Assembly: GCA_038331135.1 (NCBI GenBank)
Contig: JBBQOS010000001.1
Coordinates: forward strand, 9,140 to 73,139
DNA length: 64,000 nt
From: Candidatus Moraniibacteriota bacterium
GTDB lineage: Bacteria; Patescibacteriota; Minisyncoccia; Moranbacterales; UBA9337
Reading direction: 5' to 3'
This document shows, piece after piece, positions 20,643 to 28,934 of this stretch. A model generated the notes under the pieces. That model saw only the letters and a program-made list of their open reading frames with translations. It did no database searches and was not told where the DNA came from. Within the stretch, counting starts at the first letter, position 1. Each line of letters opens with the position of its first letter. Position numbers and translations under genes: made by a program.

Positions 20643-21242
20643 CTAAACTGTTAGTATCTCTTGCTCTTTCTTTTCTCTCATGTCATCCACTTTTTTGTTA
20701 TAATCGTTAACTACTTCCTGTAATCTCTCCTTGCCTCTAAATTTGTCATCTTCTGCAATTTCTCCTGTTTTTTCTAGCTCCTGAATTTCTCGCCAAATAT
20801 CTTCACGAATATTTCTCACAGATATTTTAGCATCTTCTGCTTTTTTGTTTAAAATTTTCACCAAATCCAACCTTCTCTCCTCATTAAGAGCTGGTATGTT
20901 GATTCGAATAACGTCCCCGTCGCTGTTAGGAGTTAAATTTAAATCAGAAACTTTAATAGCAGCTGCGATATTTGCCACACTATCCTTACTCCAAGGCTGG
21001 ATAAGCAAAGTTCTCGGCTCAGGAACATTGATATTGGCCAATTGCTTTAACGGGGTTTTTGTTCCATAATAATCCACCAATAAATCTTCAATAATTGAAG
21101 GATTGGCTCGACCTGTTCGTATTTTTGACATTTCAAATTTAAAATGTTCAATCGCTCCATCTAACTCATTTTTTTTTCCTTCTATTATTTTTTTATACAT
21201 ATTATTTTTGATTTTCCTACTTATATTATTAATTTTAGACAA
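20643..21242 (-). CDS. frr: ribosome recycling factor (true start may be the internal Met at 21200)
   Basis: KIRTGRANPSIIEDLLVDYYG and VRNIREDI motifs. Confidence 0.85.
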   Translation of the reverse strand: MSKINNISRKIKNNMYKKIIEGKKNELDGAIEHFKFEMSKIRTGRANPSIIEDLLVDYYGTKTPLKQLANINVPEPRTLLIQPWSKDSVANIAAAIKVSDLNLTPNSDGDVIRINIPALNEERRLDLVKILNKKAEDAKISVRNIREDIWREIQELEKTGEIAEDDKFRGKERLQEVVNDYNKKVDDMREKKEQEILTV

Positions 21243-21262
21243 ATAATAAAATTCACTTAGGT

Positions 21263-22315
21263 TTATTTAAAATTTCTCAATCCTGAGTAAACAACGTTTA
21301 CATCACTTGGGTTATAAACAATTCCTGAAATTAGTTTACCTGTGTTTAACTGATAAGTCGACCAATTTCCACCACCATCAACGGATTTGTATATTGCTTG
21401 AGCAGCACTATAAATTATCTCTCTGGAATTTCTTGGATTAATAGCTACTGATCGAATAGGAAATCCTTTGGAAGTGTCCAATACCCCTATCTCCTCGATA
21501 TTTTCTCCGGCATCATAACTTCTAAAAATACCACTATCCGTACCTATAAAAATACCATTCCTGTCACCCTGACTAACTGCTATAGAATAAGCCTTGCCCA
21601 TTTTATTTTTTATATCTGCTAGTTTTCCTTCAATAACTTTAAAATTATCCCCATTAATATCTGATGATAATATGTCATTTTCATGAACCAAAAAATAAAT
21701 ATGACTGTCTAAACCTCCGCCAAAAAGTATTTTCGTAACTGGTCCAGTTGCTTTATAAACACTTCTCCATGTATCTCCGCCATCCACTGTTCTCAAAATA
21801 GCACCTTCGGAAGTGCCTATATATAGAATCATTGGATTTTTTCTATCCATGGCCAAAGAAACAATAACTGTACCATCAGCTGGTTCGGTATAAATTTCCT
21901 GCCAATCCTCTCCATAATTATCAGTTTTATATACCTTTCCTCGTTTTCCATAAACACCTAGCGCTACTACGTTACTTGGCTTGAAATAATTTACCGCCAC
22001 CCCATAAACTTTACTGGCTGGAAACTTTAATTTTTCCCAGCTCTCTGCTCCGTTTTTTGAAACAACCACGCCCTTATCTCTAGTTCCCAGATAAATTCTT
22101 TTATTATCCACTGGGTCAATAGCTATATCAAAAATATCAACTTTGGATATGTTTTGTTTATCGTTAACCTGATTTTTTAAATCCCAGCTTACGCCGCTAT
22201 CTGCTGATTTTAAAATTCCACCAATTTCCCCCGCCGTGCTACTTCCTGTCAATGAACATCCAGAAAGAATGGCAACTCCAAGTAAAAGTACACAAAATTG
22301 ACCATATTTTTTCAT
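21263..22315 (-). CDS. lipoprotein with BNR/Asp-box beta-propeller repeats (Ycf48-like fold)
   Basis: Lipobox LSGC. Repeated S/DxGxTW motifs (DGGDTWRSV, DGGGNWSTY). Confidence 0.6.
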   Translation of the reverse strand: MKKYGQFCVLLLGVAILSGCSLTGSSTAGEIGGILKSADSGVSWDLKNQVNDKQNISKVDIFDIAIDPVDNKRIYLGTRDKGVVVSKNGAESWEKLKFPASKVYGVAVNYFKPSNVVALGVYGKRGKVYKTDNYGEDWQEIYTEPADGTVIVSLAMDRKNPMILYIGTSEGAILRTVDGGDTWRSVYKATGPVTKILFGGGLDSHIYFLVHENDILSSDINGDNFKVIEGKLADIKNKMGKAYSIAVSQGDRNGIFIGTDSGIFRSYDAGENIEEIGVLDTSKGFPIRSVAINPRNSREIIYSAAQAIYKSVDGGGNWSTYQLNTGKLISGIVYNPSDVNVVYSGLRNFK

Positions 22316-22573
22316 ATTGCAAAAATTTTAAAATATTATTATTTAATTTAATTATATTACAATAATAAAAAAAACTCAATGCGCAACAGGATCACTGATC
22401 ATAAAACATGCCAACAATAAAAATTATTCTTCTAAAAATATTATGCAGAGATTATTTTTAGTTTTGAGTTTTTTCCAATGGATATTACCTAAATGATTTA
22501 GATTAATTTAGCATAGTAGCTAATTGAAAATAGTATAAATATTTAGCAAAAAGATACTATTTATCCAGTCTAA

Positions 22574-22610
22574 TTGTACAGACGAGGCATACCTCGTCTG
22601 TACAATTTTT
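22574..22610 (+). terminator. perfect 14-bp hairpin followed by a T-run (rho-independent terminator-like)
   Basis: TTGTACAGACGAGG-CATA-CCTCGTCTGTACAA then TTTTT. Confidence 0.5.
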
Positions 22611-22733
22611 AATTAAGCCTAAATATAAAATATTCAGTAAATCTATCTATATTTCTTTCTATATTTCTTTCTATGTTTCTTTCCATGTTTCTGTTAGTGT
22701 CTCTTTTAATAGCCTCATTTAAAATTTATTTTT

Positions 22734-22780
22734 CAGTCAAATTGATACATACGTATCAATTTGACTGGATTTTTATTTTT
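22734..22780 (+). terminator. perfect 14-bp inverted repeat followed by T-rich tract (terminator or operator)
   Basis: CAGTCAAATTGATA-catacg-TATCAATTTGACTG then GATTTTTATTTTTT. Confidence 0.45.
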
Positions 22781-22903
22781 TAAATCTCTTTGCGGTCCTG
22801 AAAGCTATTCACTTTCAGCTCTCCCGACTGAGCTTCTCAAATACTAAGATGCTAAATTTCTAAAACAAAAAACACTAACCAAAAGATTAGTGAATTTAAT
22901 ATG

Positions 22904-22976
22904 TGCGCCGTGGGGGATTCGAACCCTCGACCATCAGCTTAAAAGGCTGTTGCTCTACCAACTGAGCTAACGGCGC
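22904..22976 (-). tRNA. tRNA-Lys (anticodon UUU)
   Basis: Reverse complement folds as a cloverleaf: acceptor GCGCCGT/ACGGCGC, anticodon loop CUUUUAA, T-loop GGTTCGAATCC. No encoded CCA. Confidence 0.85.
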
Positions 22977-23262
22977 ATATTGCATATTTAGAAAAATAAA
23001 ATATTCCCCAATGCTGGGTTTATTTATTTCTTATACTTTATATTAATTTTAAGCAAATATAGAATACTATAAAATTATAGCTTTTTCAAAATAAAAGTCA
23101 ACCCCGCCAGAGATGAAAATGCTTAAATTAGTTACTTCCCTCTCGAACTGAGGCTAAATCAGCTTTTAAACACACGAACTATTGATTTTAATTAACCAGC
23201 ATGCTATTATTTTTAGGTATTGTTTTTGATTATGTTTTCAGAAAAGCAGAAGTCTATAGAGT

Positions 23263-23334
23263 GGCGATCATAGTTCAGTGGTAGAACATCGGTTTGTGGT
23301 ACCGAGTATCAGGGTCCGATTCCCTGTGATCGCC
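23263..23334 (+). tRNA. tRNA-His (anticodon GUG) with encoded G-1
   Basis: Extra 5' G pairs with discriminator C. Anticodon loop UUGUGGU. T-arm CAGGG/CCCTG. Confidence 0.8.
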
Positions 23335-23428
23335 CCTTTGTAGATTTCAAATAAAAATTATTTAATTAAAAATAAGCTCTTGTGGTGAAATAGATATCAC
23401 ACTTGGCGGAGTTTATCCCGCTTAACGT

Positions 23429-23501
23429 GCGCCCATAGCTCAACGGATAGAGTGTCTGGCTTCGGACCAGAAGGTTCTAGGTTCGAGTCCTAGTGGGCGC
23501 A
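23429..23501 (+). tRNA. tRNA-Arg (anticodon UCG)
   Basis: Acceptor GCGCCCA/TGGGCGC. Anticodon loop CUUCGGA. T-loop GGTTCGAGTCC. Confidence 0.85.
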
Positions 23502-23504
23502 CAT

Positions 23505-23552
23505 TGTGCGGGAGACCAAGCGTTTCAGGTTCGATTCCTGGCAAGAGCACCA
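23505..23552 (+). pseudogene. tRNA 3'-half remnant (T-arm plus acceptor 3' strand plus encoded CCA), not matching neighbouring tRNAs
   Basis: TCAGGTTCGATTCCTGG-CAAGAGC-A-CCA with no complementary 5' acceptor strand upstream. The native tRNAs here lack encoded CCA. Confidence 0.55.
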
Positions 23553-23589
23553 ACAACGAACTATTTGAAAAAGGAAAGGGTGTTTTTCT

Positions 23590-23852
23590 TTCGAGGTTCT
23601 GCCCGTAAAGATATTCGGGCAGTGTGGCAGGGCGAAATGCGGACTCGGTTTTGCGAAGCTATTTTCTGGGGAAAGGATTTGGCAAAACCTCGGCTGATTT
23701 TTGGTGGTGGTTTCCCGCCCGCAGAAAAGGGTCTGGGGAATGAATGCGGGCGGGGCTTGTGTTAACTACAAAATCATGGTAGGGTAGCTTCAGAAGAAAT
23801 CCTTTGGATTTCTCGAAAATTGTACATTCACAAACTAAACAAGGAGACGACA
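23590..23852 (+). repeat. structured ~265-nt GC-rich leader upstream of trpS; copy 1 of an inverted duplicated leader
   Basis: Hairpins GCCCG...CGGGC, CCGCCCGC-(23 nt)-GCGGGCGGG and AGAAATCC-ttt-GGATTTCT, then SD AAGGAG and ATG. About 85-90% identical to the reverse complement of 28935-29195. Confidence 0.7.
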
Positions 23853-24845
23853 ATGGAAACAGTTCTATCAGGAATCCGCGCCACGGGGCGCCTACATTTT
23901 GGCAACTTTCTTGGAGCCGTGCAAAACTTCGTGAAGTTCCAACAACCCGGCAATACCTGCCTCTACTTCATCGCCGATTGGCACACACTGACAACACTCG
24001 AAAATCCAGAAGATCTTCGAGGTAATCTGGTTGAGATTGTGAAAGATTACATTGCCGCTGGTCTCGATCCAGAGCAATCAATCATTTACGCTCAGTCAAG
24101 TGTGCCGGAAATCTCCGAACTGTGTCTGTATCTTTCCATGATTCAGCCAATTGGTGAGCTTGAACGCGTTCCGACATTCAAAGATTTGATTCGTAAGAAT
24201 CCAGACAACGTGAATCTTGGGCTCGTGACCTATCCCGTTCTTATGGCGGCAGATATTCTCGGTCCTAAAGCGACACTCGTGCCGGTTGGCGAGGATCAGA
24301 TTCCAAATGTTGAAATGGCGCGCAATCTCGCGAACAGATTCAACAAACGTTTTGGAAACACCTTCGTCATCCCCGAGATGATGGCGCAAATGATAAAAGT
24401 GCCAGGGCTTGACGGCGCAAAGATGGGAAAATCGGAAGCGGACAACGCTATCGACATCAATGTCTCTATTGAAGCAATCCGCGACCAGTATCTGAAGAAG
24501 GGAATTACGGATCCACAACGTCTCCGAGTTACTGATCCCGGCGATCCATACAATCGTTGCCAGTCTGTGTACCCTGTGCACGAACTGGTGACGAATGGCG
24601 AGACAACAACTCGAGAGATTGCCAATCTCTGCATCTCGGCTCAAATCGGCTGTGTTGCCTGTAAGCATCGTTTGGTTGATGGCATCGCAAAGATTCTGGA
24701 ACCCTTTCAGGAAAAACGTGCCGGTCTCGTCAACCAAAATGATTACGTCAAAGATGTACTTCATGAGGGTGGCAAGAAAGCTCGCGTCAGAATCAAGGCA
24801 ACCACCGAGCTTGTTCGAGAGAGAATGGGCATTGTTCTCTATTAA
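23853..24845 (+). CDS. trpS: tryptophan--tRNA ligase (auxiliary, horizontally acquired copy)
   Basis: Class I aaRS: GNFLGA near the N-terminus, GEDQ motif (VPVGEDQIPNVEMARNLANRFN) and KMGKS. Start chosen at METVLSG, 7 nt downstream of AAGGAG. About 48% GC against a ~30% background. Confidence 0.85.
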   Translation: METVLSGIRATGRLHFGNFLGAVQNFVKFQQPGNTCLYFIADWHTLTTLENPEDLRGNLVEIVKDYIAAGLDPEQSIIYAQSSVPEISELCLYLSMIQPIGELERVPTFKDLIRKNPDNVNLGLVTYPVLMAADILGPKATLVPVGEDQIPNVEMARNLANRFNKRFGNTFVIPEMMAQMIKVPGLDGAKMGKSEADNAIDINVSIEAIRDQYLKKGITDPQRLRVTDPGDPYNRCQSVYPVHELVTNGETTTREIANLCISAQIGCVACKHRLVDGIAKILEPFQEKRAGLVNQNDYVKDVLHEGGKKARVRIKATTELVRERMGIVLY

Positions 24846-24862
24846 GATCGAGTATACTTAAT

Positions 24863-24903
24863 GGGCACCTAAAACCGCAAGATTTTAGGTGCCCATTTTT
24901 TAA
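24863..24903 (+). terminator. rho-independent terminator after trpS
   Basis: GGGCACCTAAAA-ccgcaaga-TTTTAGGTGCCC followed by ATTTTTT. Confidence 0.8.
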
Positions 24904-25004
24904 TTTGACAACGATAGCCTAACCATGATAAGCTTACTCATGGTTAGGTTGCTGTACATTTATAGATACTAAAACTCACATCTGGTTCCCTTGATTAATC
25001 AAGG

Positions 25005-25230
25005 GGTTGGGGCTAGATAGTTTCGCGATATACTATCCGAGACAAAGTGGTCTTTGCATAAGTGAAGACTCGGCATTCCTCCGTAATCATAGGAAAAACC
25101 GAAATCGGCTGAAAAGCATAGAGTCGGTATGAGTCCCGAGAGTAATCAAGGGAGAAGTAAGGTGGCACCGCGGAAATCCGCCCTTACGATATGAGCAATT
25201 TTGCTTGTATCGCAAGGGCGGTTTTTCATT
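25005..25230 (+). promoter_or_regulatory. T-box riboswitch leader (tRNA-sensing antiterminator) upstream of dehydrogenase/aminotransferase operon
   Basis: T-box core GAAGUAAGGUGGCACCGCGG (consensus AGGGUGGNACCGCGG) at 25155-25173. Overlapping terminator CCGCCCTTACGATA...TATCGCAAGGGCGG plus TTTTTC ends 26 nt before the ATG. The UGGC bulge implies a discriminator-G tRNA. Confidence 0.65.
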
Positions 25231-25255
25231 TATTAACTCTTAAAACAACATTACT

Positions 25256-26320
25256 ATGAGTAAAGACAATCACTGCTACAAAGAACCAAATATAGAAACA
25301 AATATGTTTGAGGTTCAACAAACAAATAAACATGAGAAATTGATTTTTGGATCAGACGCAAAGTCTGGTCTGAAAATTATTCTCGCCATTCATAATACTA
25401 CCTTAGGGCCAAGTACCGGTGGTACACGAATGGCACTCGTCCCAGAAAAAACAGCTATTGATGAAGCTCTCCGTCTTTCGTATGCAATGACATTTAAATG
25501 CGCGATTATGGATGAACCTTTCGGTGGTTCAAAAGCTGTTATTATTGGTGATCCATCAAAACCAAAATCAAAAGAATTTCTCCACGCTCTTGGTGATTTT
25601 ATTGAATCACTCGGCGGAGCATTCCTGACTGGTGTAGATATGGGTCTTTCGTTAGAGGATGCAAAAATTATCGGCGAGCGGACAAAATATATTTTTAACT
25701 CCCAAGGTTCTTCTGGTGTTACTACTGCCCATGGCGTTTTCAAGGGTATTAAGGAAACGGTCTCTTATGTGTTACATAAAAACAGACTAAAGGATGTACG
25801 TATCGCGGTCCAAGGACTTGGGGCTGTCGGCGGTACGCTTGTTGAACTACTCTTTGCTGAAGGTGCGAGGGTTTTTGTTTCAGATATTGATCCTAAAATG
25901 ACAGAGAAGTATAAAATGATGGCAACCGTTGTTGATAATGATACGATACACAGTATTGATTGTGATGTATTTGCGCCTTGTGCTGTTGGAGAAATTGTCA
26001 ATGATAAAAGCATCAAGGAATTTCGGTGTAAGATTATTGCTGGAGGTGCCAACAATCAATTAAAAGACGAAACCAAACATGCCAAGGAATTACACTCTAT
26101 GGGAATCCTTCATGCTCCAGATTTTGTAATTAATGGTGGTGGTGTATGCCATGGTATGTGTGAAGTAAAAGGAATTGATGTGTCCAACGCTCTTAAAAAG
26201 ACAGATATTATCCCAAGTATATTGCGTACCATTTATGATCGGTCAAAGCAAACAAATACACCACCGCTCCATATAGCCTATGAAATAGCCTATGAAAAAC
26301 TCAAAGTCACCAAAAAATAA
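25256..26320 (+). CDS. Glu/Leu/Phe/Val-family amino acid dehydrogenase (Leu/Phe/Trp dehydrogenase-like)
   Basis: AIHNTTLGPSTGGTRM and FGGSKAVIIGDP motifs. Rossmann GLGAVGG. Confidence 0.8.
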   Translation: MSKDNHCYKEPNIETNMFEVQQTNKHEKLIFGSDAKSGLKIILAIHNTTLGPSTGGTRMALVPEKTAIDEALRLSYAMTFKCAIMDEPFGGSKAVIIGDPSKPKSKEFLHALGDFIESLGGAFLTGVDMGLSLEDAKIIGERTKYIFNSQGSSGVTTAHGVFKGIKETVSYVLHKNRLKDVRIAVQGLGAVGGTLVELLFAEGARVFVSDIDPKMTEKYKMMATVVDNDTIHSIDCDVFAPCAVGEIVNDKSIKEFRCKIIAGGANNQLKDETKHAKELHSMGILHAPDFVINGGGVCHGMCEVKGIDVSNALKKTDIIPSILRTIYDRSKQTNTPPLHIAYEIAYEKLKVTKK

Positions 26321-27425
26321 TCCGATTTCAGATCGAGTTAAAAACATACAATACTCGGCAATCAGAAAAAGTTTTACCACCGGATCGAGTAAAAATATCA
26401 TAAATGCGACCATCGGTCGTCCTGATTTTGATGTGTCGAGTGAAGTCAAAGAACAAGCAAAATTACATATTGATCTCGGACATAATGCATATACGGAAAC
26501 AAAAGGTGTGTTGTCTCTACGACAAGCAATATCCGAATATTTACGAAAAAAGAATATCAGCCGCACCGCAGATGAAATCATTGTTACATCCGGTACAACC
26601 TCTGCAATTTTTATGGTGATATCCTCTCTCGTTAATCCCGATGATGAAGTGATTATTTTTGAACCATATTTCGTAGCGTATCCTGAAGTAATAAAAATGG
26701 TTGGCGGCAAATGCATCATTCTAAAAACGACTTCTGATTTTCACCCAGACATCGCGTTGTTAGAAAAAACTGTTACAAAAAAGACAAAATTGATAATTAT
26801 AAATAGTCCAAACAATCCTACCGGTGCGGTGTACTCGTCAGAAACAATAAATCATATTGTGCGTATTGCGAAGAAAGTAGGTGCGTACATTCTTTCGGAC
26901 GAAATTTATCACGATTTCATATATGGTGAGACTCCATATTATTCGCCCGCCGAAATATATAGCAAAGCGATAATCGTTGACGGTCTTTCAAAATCAAAAG
27001 GTATGTCCGGCTGGAGAATAGGGTTTGTGGCAGGTCCTAAGAATATTATTGACGCTGTTGAAAAATTGCAACAGTTTACTTCAGTGTGTGCTCCTGCCCC
27101 GCTCCAGCATGCTTCAATCTTAGCTTTTACTGACCCGCTCGCCCCAAGTTACCTAGAAAAATACAAACAGAAAAGAAATTTGCTTATTGAAGGAATCAAG
27201 AATGAATATCAGGTAATAATACCCACTGGAGCTTTTTACCTATTTTTAGAAACACCAATTTCTGCTGATAGATTTACAGCTATTTTGGCAAAAAAAGGAC
27301 TAGCCGTGGTACCGGGTAGTGCGTTTGGTAACTACAAAAACTTTATTAGAATTTCGTATGCAGTCAGTGATAAAGAGATTGCACAAATGATTAAAATACT
27401 AAAAGATGCTGTTAAAGAAAAATGA
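26292..27425 (+). CDS. class I/II PLP-dependent aminotransferase (aspartate/aromatic family)
   Basis: SPNNPTG, and SKSKGMSGWRIG with the PLP lysine. Overlaps the dehydrogenase by 29 nt, suggesting an operon. Confidence 0.8.
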   Translation: MKNSKSPKNNPISDRVKNIQYSAIRKSFTTGSSKNIINATIGRPDFDVSSEVKEQAKLHIDLGHNAYTETKGVLSLRQAISEYLRKKNISRTADEIIVTSGTTSAIFMVISSLVNPDDEVIIFEPYFVAYPEVIKMVGGKCIILKTTSDFHPDIALLEKTVTKKTKLIIINSPNNPTGAVYSSETINHIVRIAKKVGAYILSDEIYHDFIYGETPYYSPAEIYSKAIIVDGLSKSKGMSGWRIGFVAGPKNIIDAVEKLQQFTSVCAPAPLQHASILAFTDPLAPSYLEKYKQKRNLLIEGIKNEYQVIIPTGAFYLFLETPISADRFTAILAKKGLAVVPGSAFGNYKNFIRISYAVSDKEIAQMIKILKDAVKEK

Positions 27426-27472
27426 CGCCATACTCGAAAGTACAGCGTCATTAAGTTTTACTAGTAGTGCGT

Positions 27473-28435
27473 TCAAGAGATGATTCCCTTGATTGCATGG
27501 AGCGTATCATGTTGGCTCTGTGGAAGCACATTGCCAATCACGTTGTTGAGAACAGTCACGACACCTTGCAGTTTGACACCGATTGGCTCCACGATGAGCG
27601 CCATACCCTTGGCAAAATACTTGGTGCTGATCAAAAATTTCTCAGGACCAAAAACATTTTGAACAAGTTTATGAATTCCGTTCGGCGTATACCAATGAGA
27701 CAGGAAGAATCCATCTCTACCTTGTGTCTGCCCAACAATCTGAAGGGCCGAGATAGATGGAATTGAGCCACTGGAAACCTGCCTTTGTATTGCCGAAAGA
27801 GAATCCCTCACAGCATTCTTCGTGGTTTCCTCGTCGAAAGTCGAGACCTTGGCTCGAACACCTATCGATAGGAGCTCTCTCTTTACCGAGAATCCTATCC
27901 AATCGAACAAGAATTCTTCGCCGAGAATCCGACCGTTCCGAAGATACTCGTCGTATCCACAGAACGGATATCCGGATTCCGGTTCAGCTTTGAAGAAGCT
28001 CTGACAGTTGTAGACCCCTATAATGAGGCGCCGGGGCTTACTCGCGATCTGCTGGCAAATGACGGAAATCTCACCCGGCAAGAATGTCATCTCCACACCA
28101 TGGTCGATGAACGGCTTGAGGATGGAAGACCTTGCCCGTTCGACTTGTTTAGGTGCAAGGTCGTTGAATACAACCTTGGAAACATACACCCCTATTCGGG
28201 AGAACATGTCCTCAAGAATCACCTTTGGATCACGACAACCGACGGCTCCGCCGAGTGTGATGATATCTTCGCAATCGATTTCTCGATACGCCGCAAGAGT
28301 AGCATCCAATTCCCCTTGGTTATCCGTCGTCATCTCTTCCGTTTCGTACGTACTGGACTGAGCGTCCCAGAAAGCCTTTTGGCCTTCGACTGTGAGGTTT
28401 GGCTTTTGCCAACCATCTTCTCTTGACTTACTCAT
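27473..28435 (-). CDS. hypothetical protein, possible Rossmann/SAM-methyltransferase-like fold
   Basis: IITLGGAVG glycine-rich loop followed by an acidic residue and a VVFNDL-like motif (weak). Overlaps the ybaK-like gene by 8 nt, suggesting an operon. GC about 50%. Confidence 0.45.
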   Translation of the reverse strand: MSKSREDGWQKPNLTVEGQKAFWDAQSSTYETEEMTTDNQGELDATLAAYREIDCEDIITLGGAVGCRDPKVILEDMFSRIGVYVSKVVFNDLAPKQVERARSSILKPFIDHGVEMTFLPGEISVICQQIASKPRRLIIGVYNCQSFFKAEPESGYPFCGYDEYLRNGRILGEEFLFDWIGFSVKRELLSIGVRAKVSTFDEETTKNAVRDSLSAIQRQVSSGSIPSISALQIVGQTQGRDGFFLSHWYTPNGIHKLVQNVFGPEKFLISTKYFAKGMALIVEPIGVKLQGVVTVLNNVIGNVLPQSQHDTLHAIKGIIS

Positions 28436-28934
28436 TTGAATCTCCTTTGGTTTGAGTGTTTGATGTGGTTTGAGAGATATCTGCGATTATTGCCCCAATG
28501 GCTTTCACCATTTCCTCGGGATCAATCACAATTGTTTTCCGCGGATCACTAGATCCGCAGTAAACCGTTCGTTGTCTGAGTAGCACCGCGTCCACAATGA
28601 TATTCTGAAAGAACTCATGAAAGGGACACATATCCCCCGAGTTCAATCCAAGTTTTTTGGTGATTTCTGGTCCAGCGAACTTCACTGTTTTTTCCGATAC
28701 GCCGAGAATAGCAGCGACCTTTGAGAAGTCGACTCTATTCATGCCGGGCAGGATAGTGGCAATCAAACCTATATCCTTTTGAGATAAGAGCAAGGTCTTT
28801 GCCATCAAGTCAGTGGATATATCCAAAGTGCGAACAACATCACCAATCGTAATGACAGGATCATGCTCAATCACTCTCGGCGAATACCCAGAACTCTTAA
28901 GCTTCTGTATGATTTTTTCTGTCTGTGTTTCCAT
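28428..28934 (-). CDS. YbaK/ProX-family aminoacyl-tRNA trans-editing deacylase
   Basis: AKTLLL (conserved Lys), VDFSKVAAILGV and SGDMCPF motifs align with YbaK. Start chosen at METQTEK after AAGGAG. The track ORF extends to 28967 via the shared leader. Confidence 0.7.
   Translation of the reverse strand: METQTEKIIQKLKSSGYSPRVIEHDPVITIGDVVRTLDISTDLMAKTLLLSQKDIGLIATILPGMNRVDFSKVAAILGVSEKTVKFAGPEITKKLGLNSGDMCPFHEFFQNIIVDAVLLRQRTVYCGSSDPRKTIVIDPEEMVKAIGAIIADISQTTSNTQTKGDSNE

Noticed and set aside
22640-22690. Possible CRISPR-like array (repeated TATTTCTTTC units)
   Set aside because: Simple 12-nt tandem repeat with no spacers of unique sequence. No cas genes in the window.
23505-23552. tmRNA (ssrA) acceptor piece hypothesis for the CCA-ending tRNA-like fragment
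   Set aside because: No complementary 5' acceptor strand (GCTCTTG) or GGGG-start downstream or upstream. No tag-peptide reading frame ending in a hydrophobic ...AA motif nearby.
23590-23852. T-box riboswitch in the trpS leader itself
   Set aside because: A GGUGGU...CCGCCCGC segment loosely resembles the T-box core. But that segment is not conserved in the otherwise near-identical second leader copy, and no AAGGUGG-N-ACCGCGG match exists. Kept only as an unclassified structured leader.
23493-24077. Track ORFs 23493-23765(+), 23659-23853(-), 23804-24025(+), 23892-24077(-) in the GC-rich leader/start of trpS
   Set aside because: They overlap the structured non-coding leader and the trpS start. 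They show no protein features and look like products of elevated GC. The extended MYIHKLNKET N-terminus of the track ORF 23820-24845 precedes the SD-proximal ATG and is probably untranslated.
24096-24861. Long antisense ORFs (24096-24764, 24296-24634, 24595-24861) opposite trpS
   Set aside because: They lie antisense to, or in alternate frames within, a strongly supported aaRS gene. GC-rich foreign DNA in an AT-rich ORF caller background gives long spurious frames.
25390-26719. ORFs 25390-25743(-), 25765-26055(-), 26243-26719(-), 26404-26619(+) overlapping the dehydrogenase/aminotransferase
   Set aside because: They are embedded in well-supported genes, with no motifs.
27467-28426. Multiple short ORFs on both strands inside 27473-28435
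   Set aside because: They overlap the single long minus-strand frame and are GC-driven artefacts.
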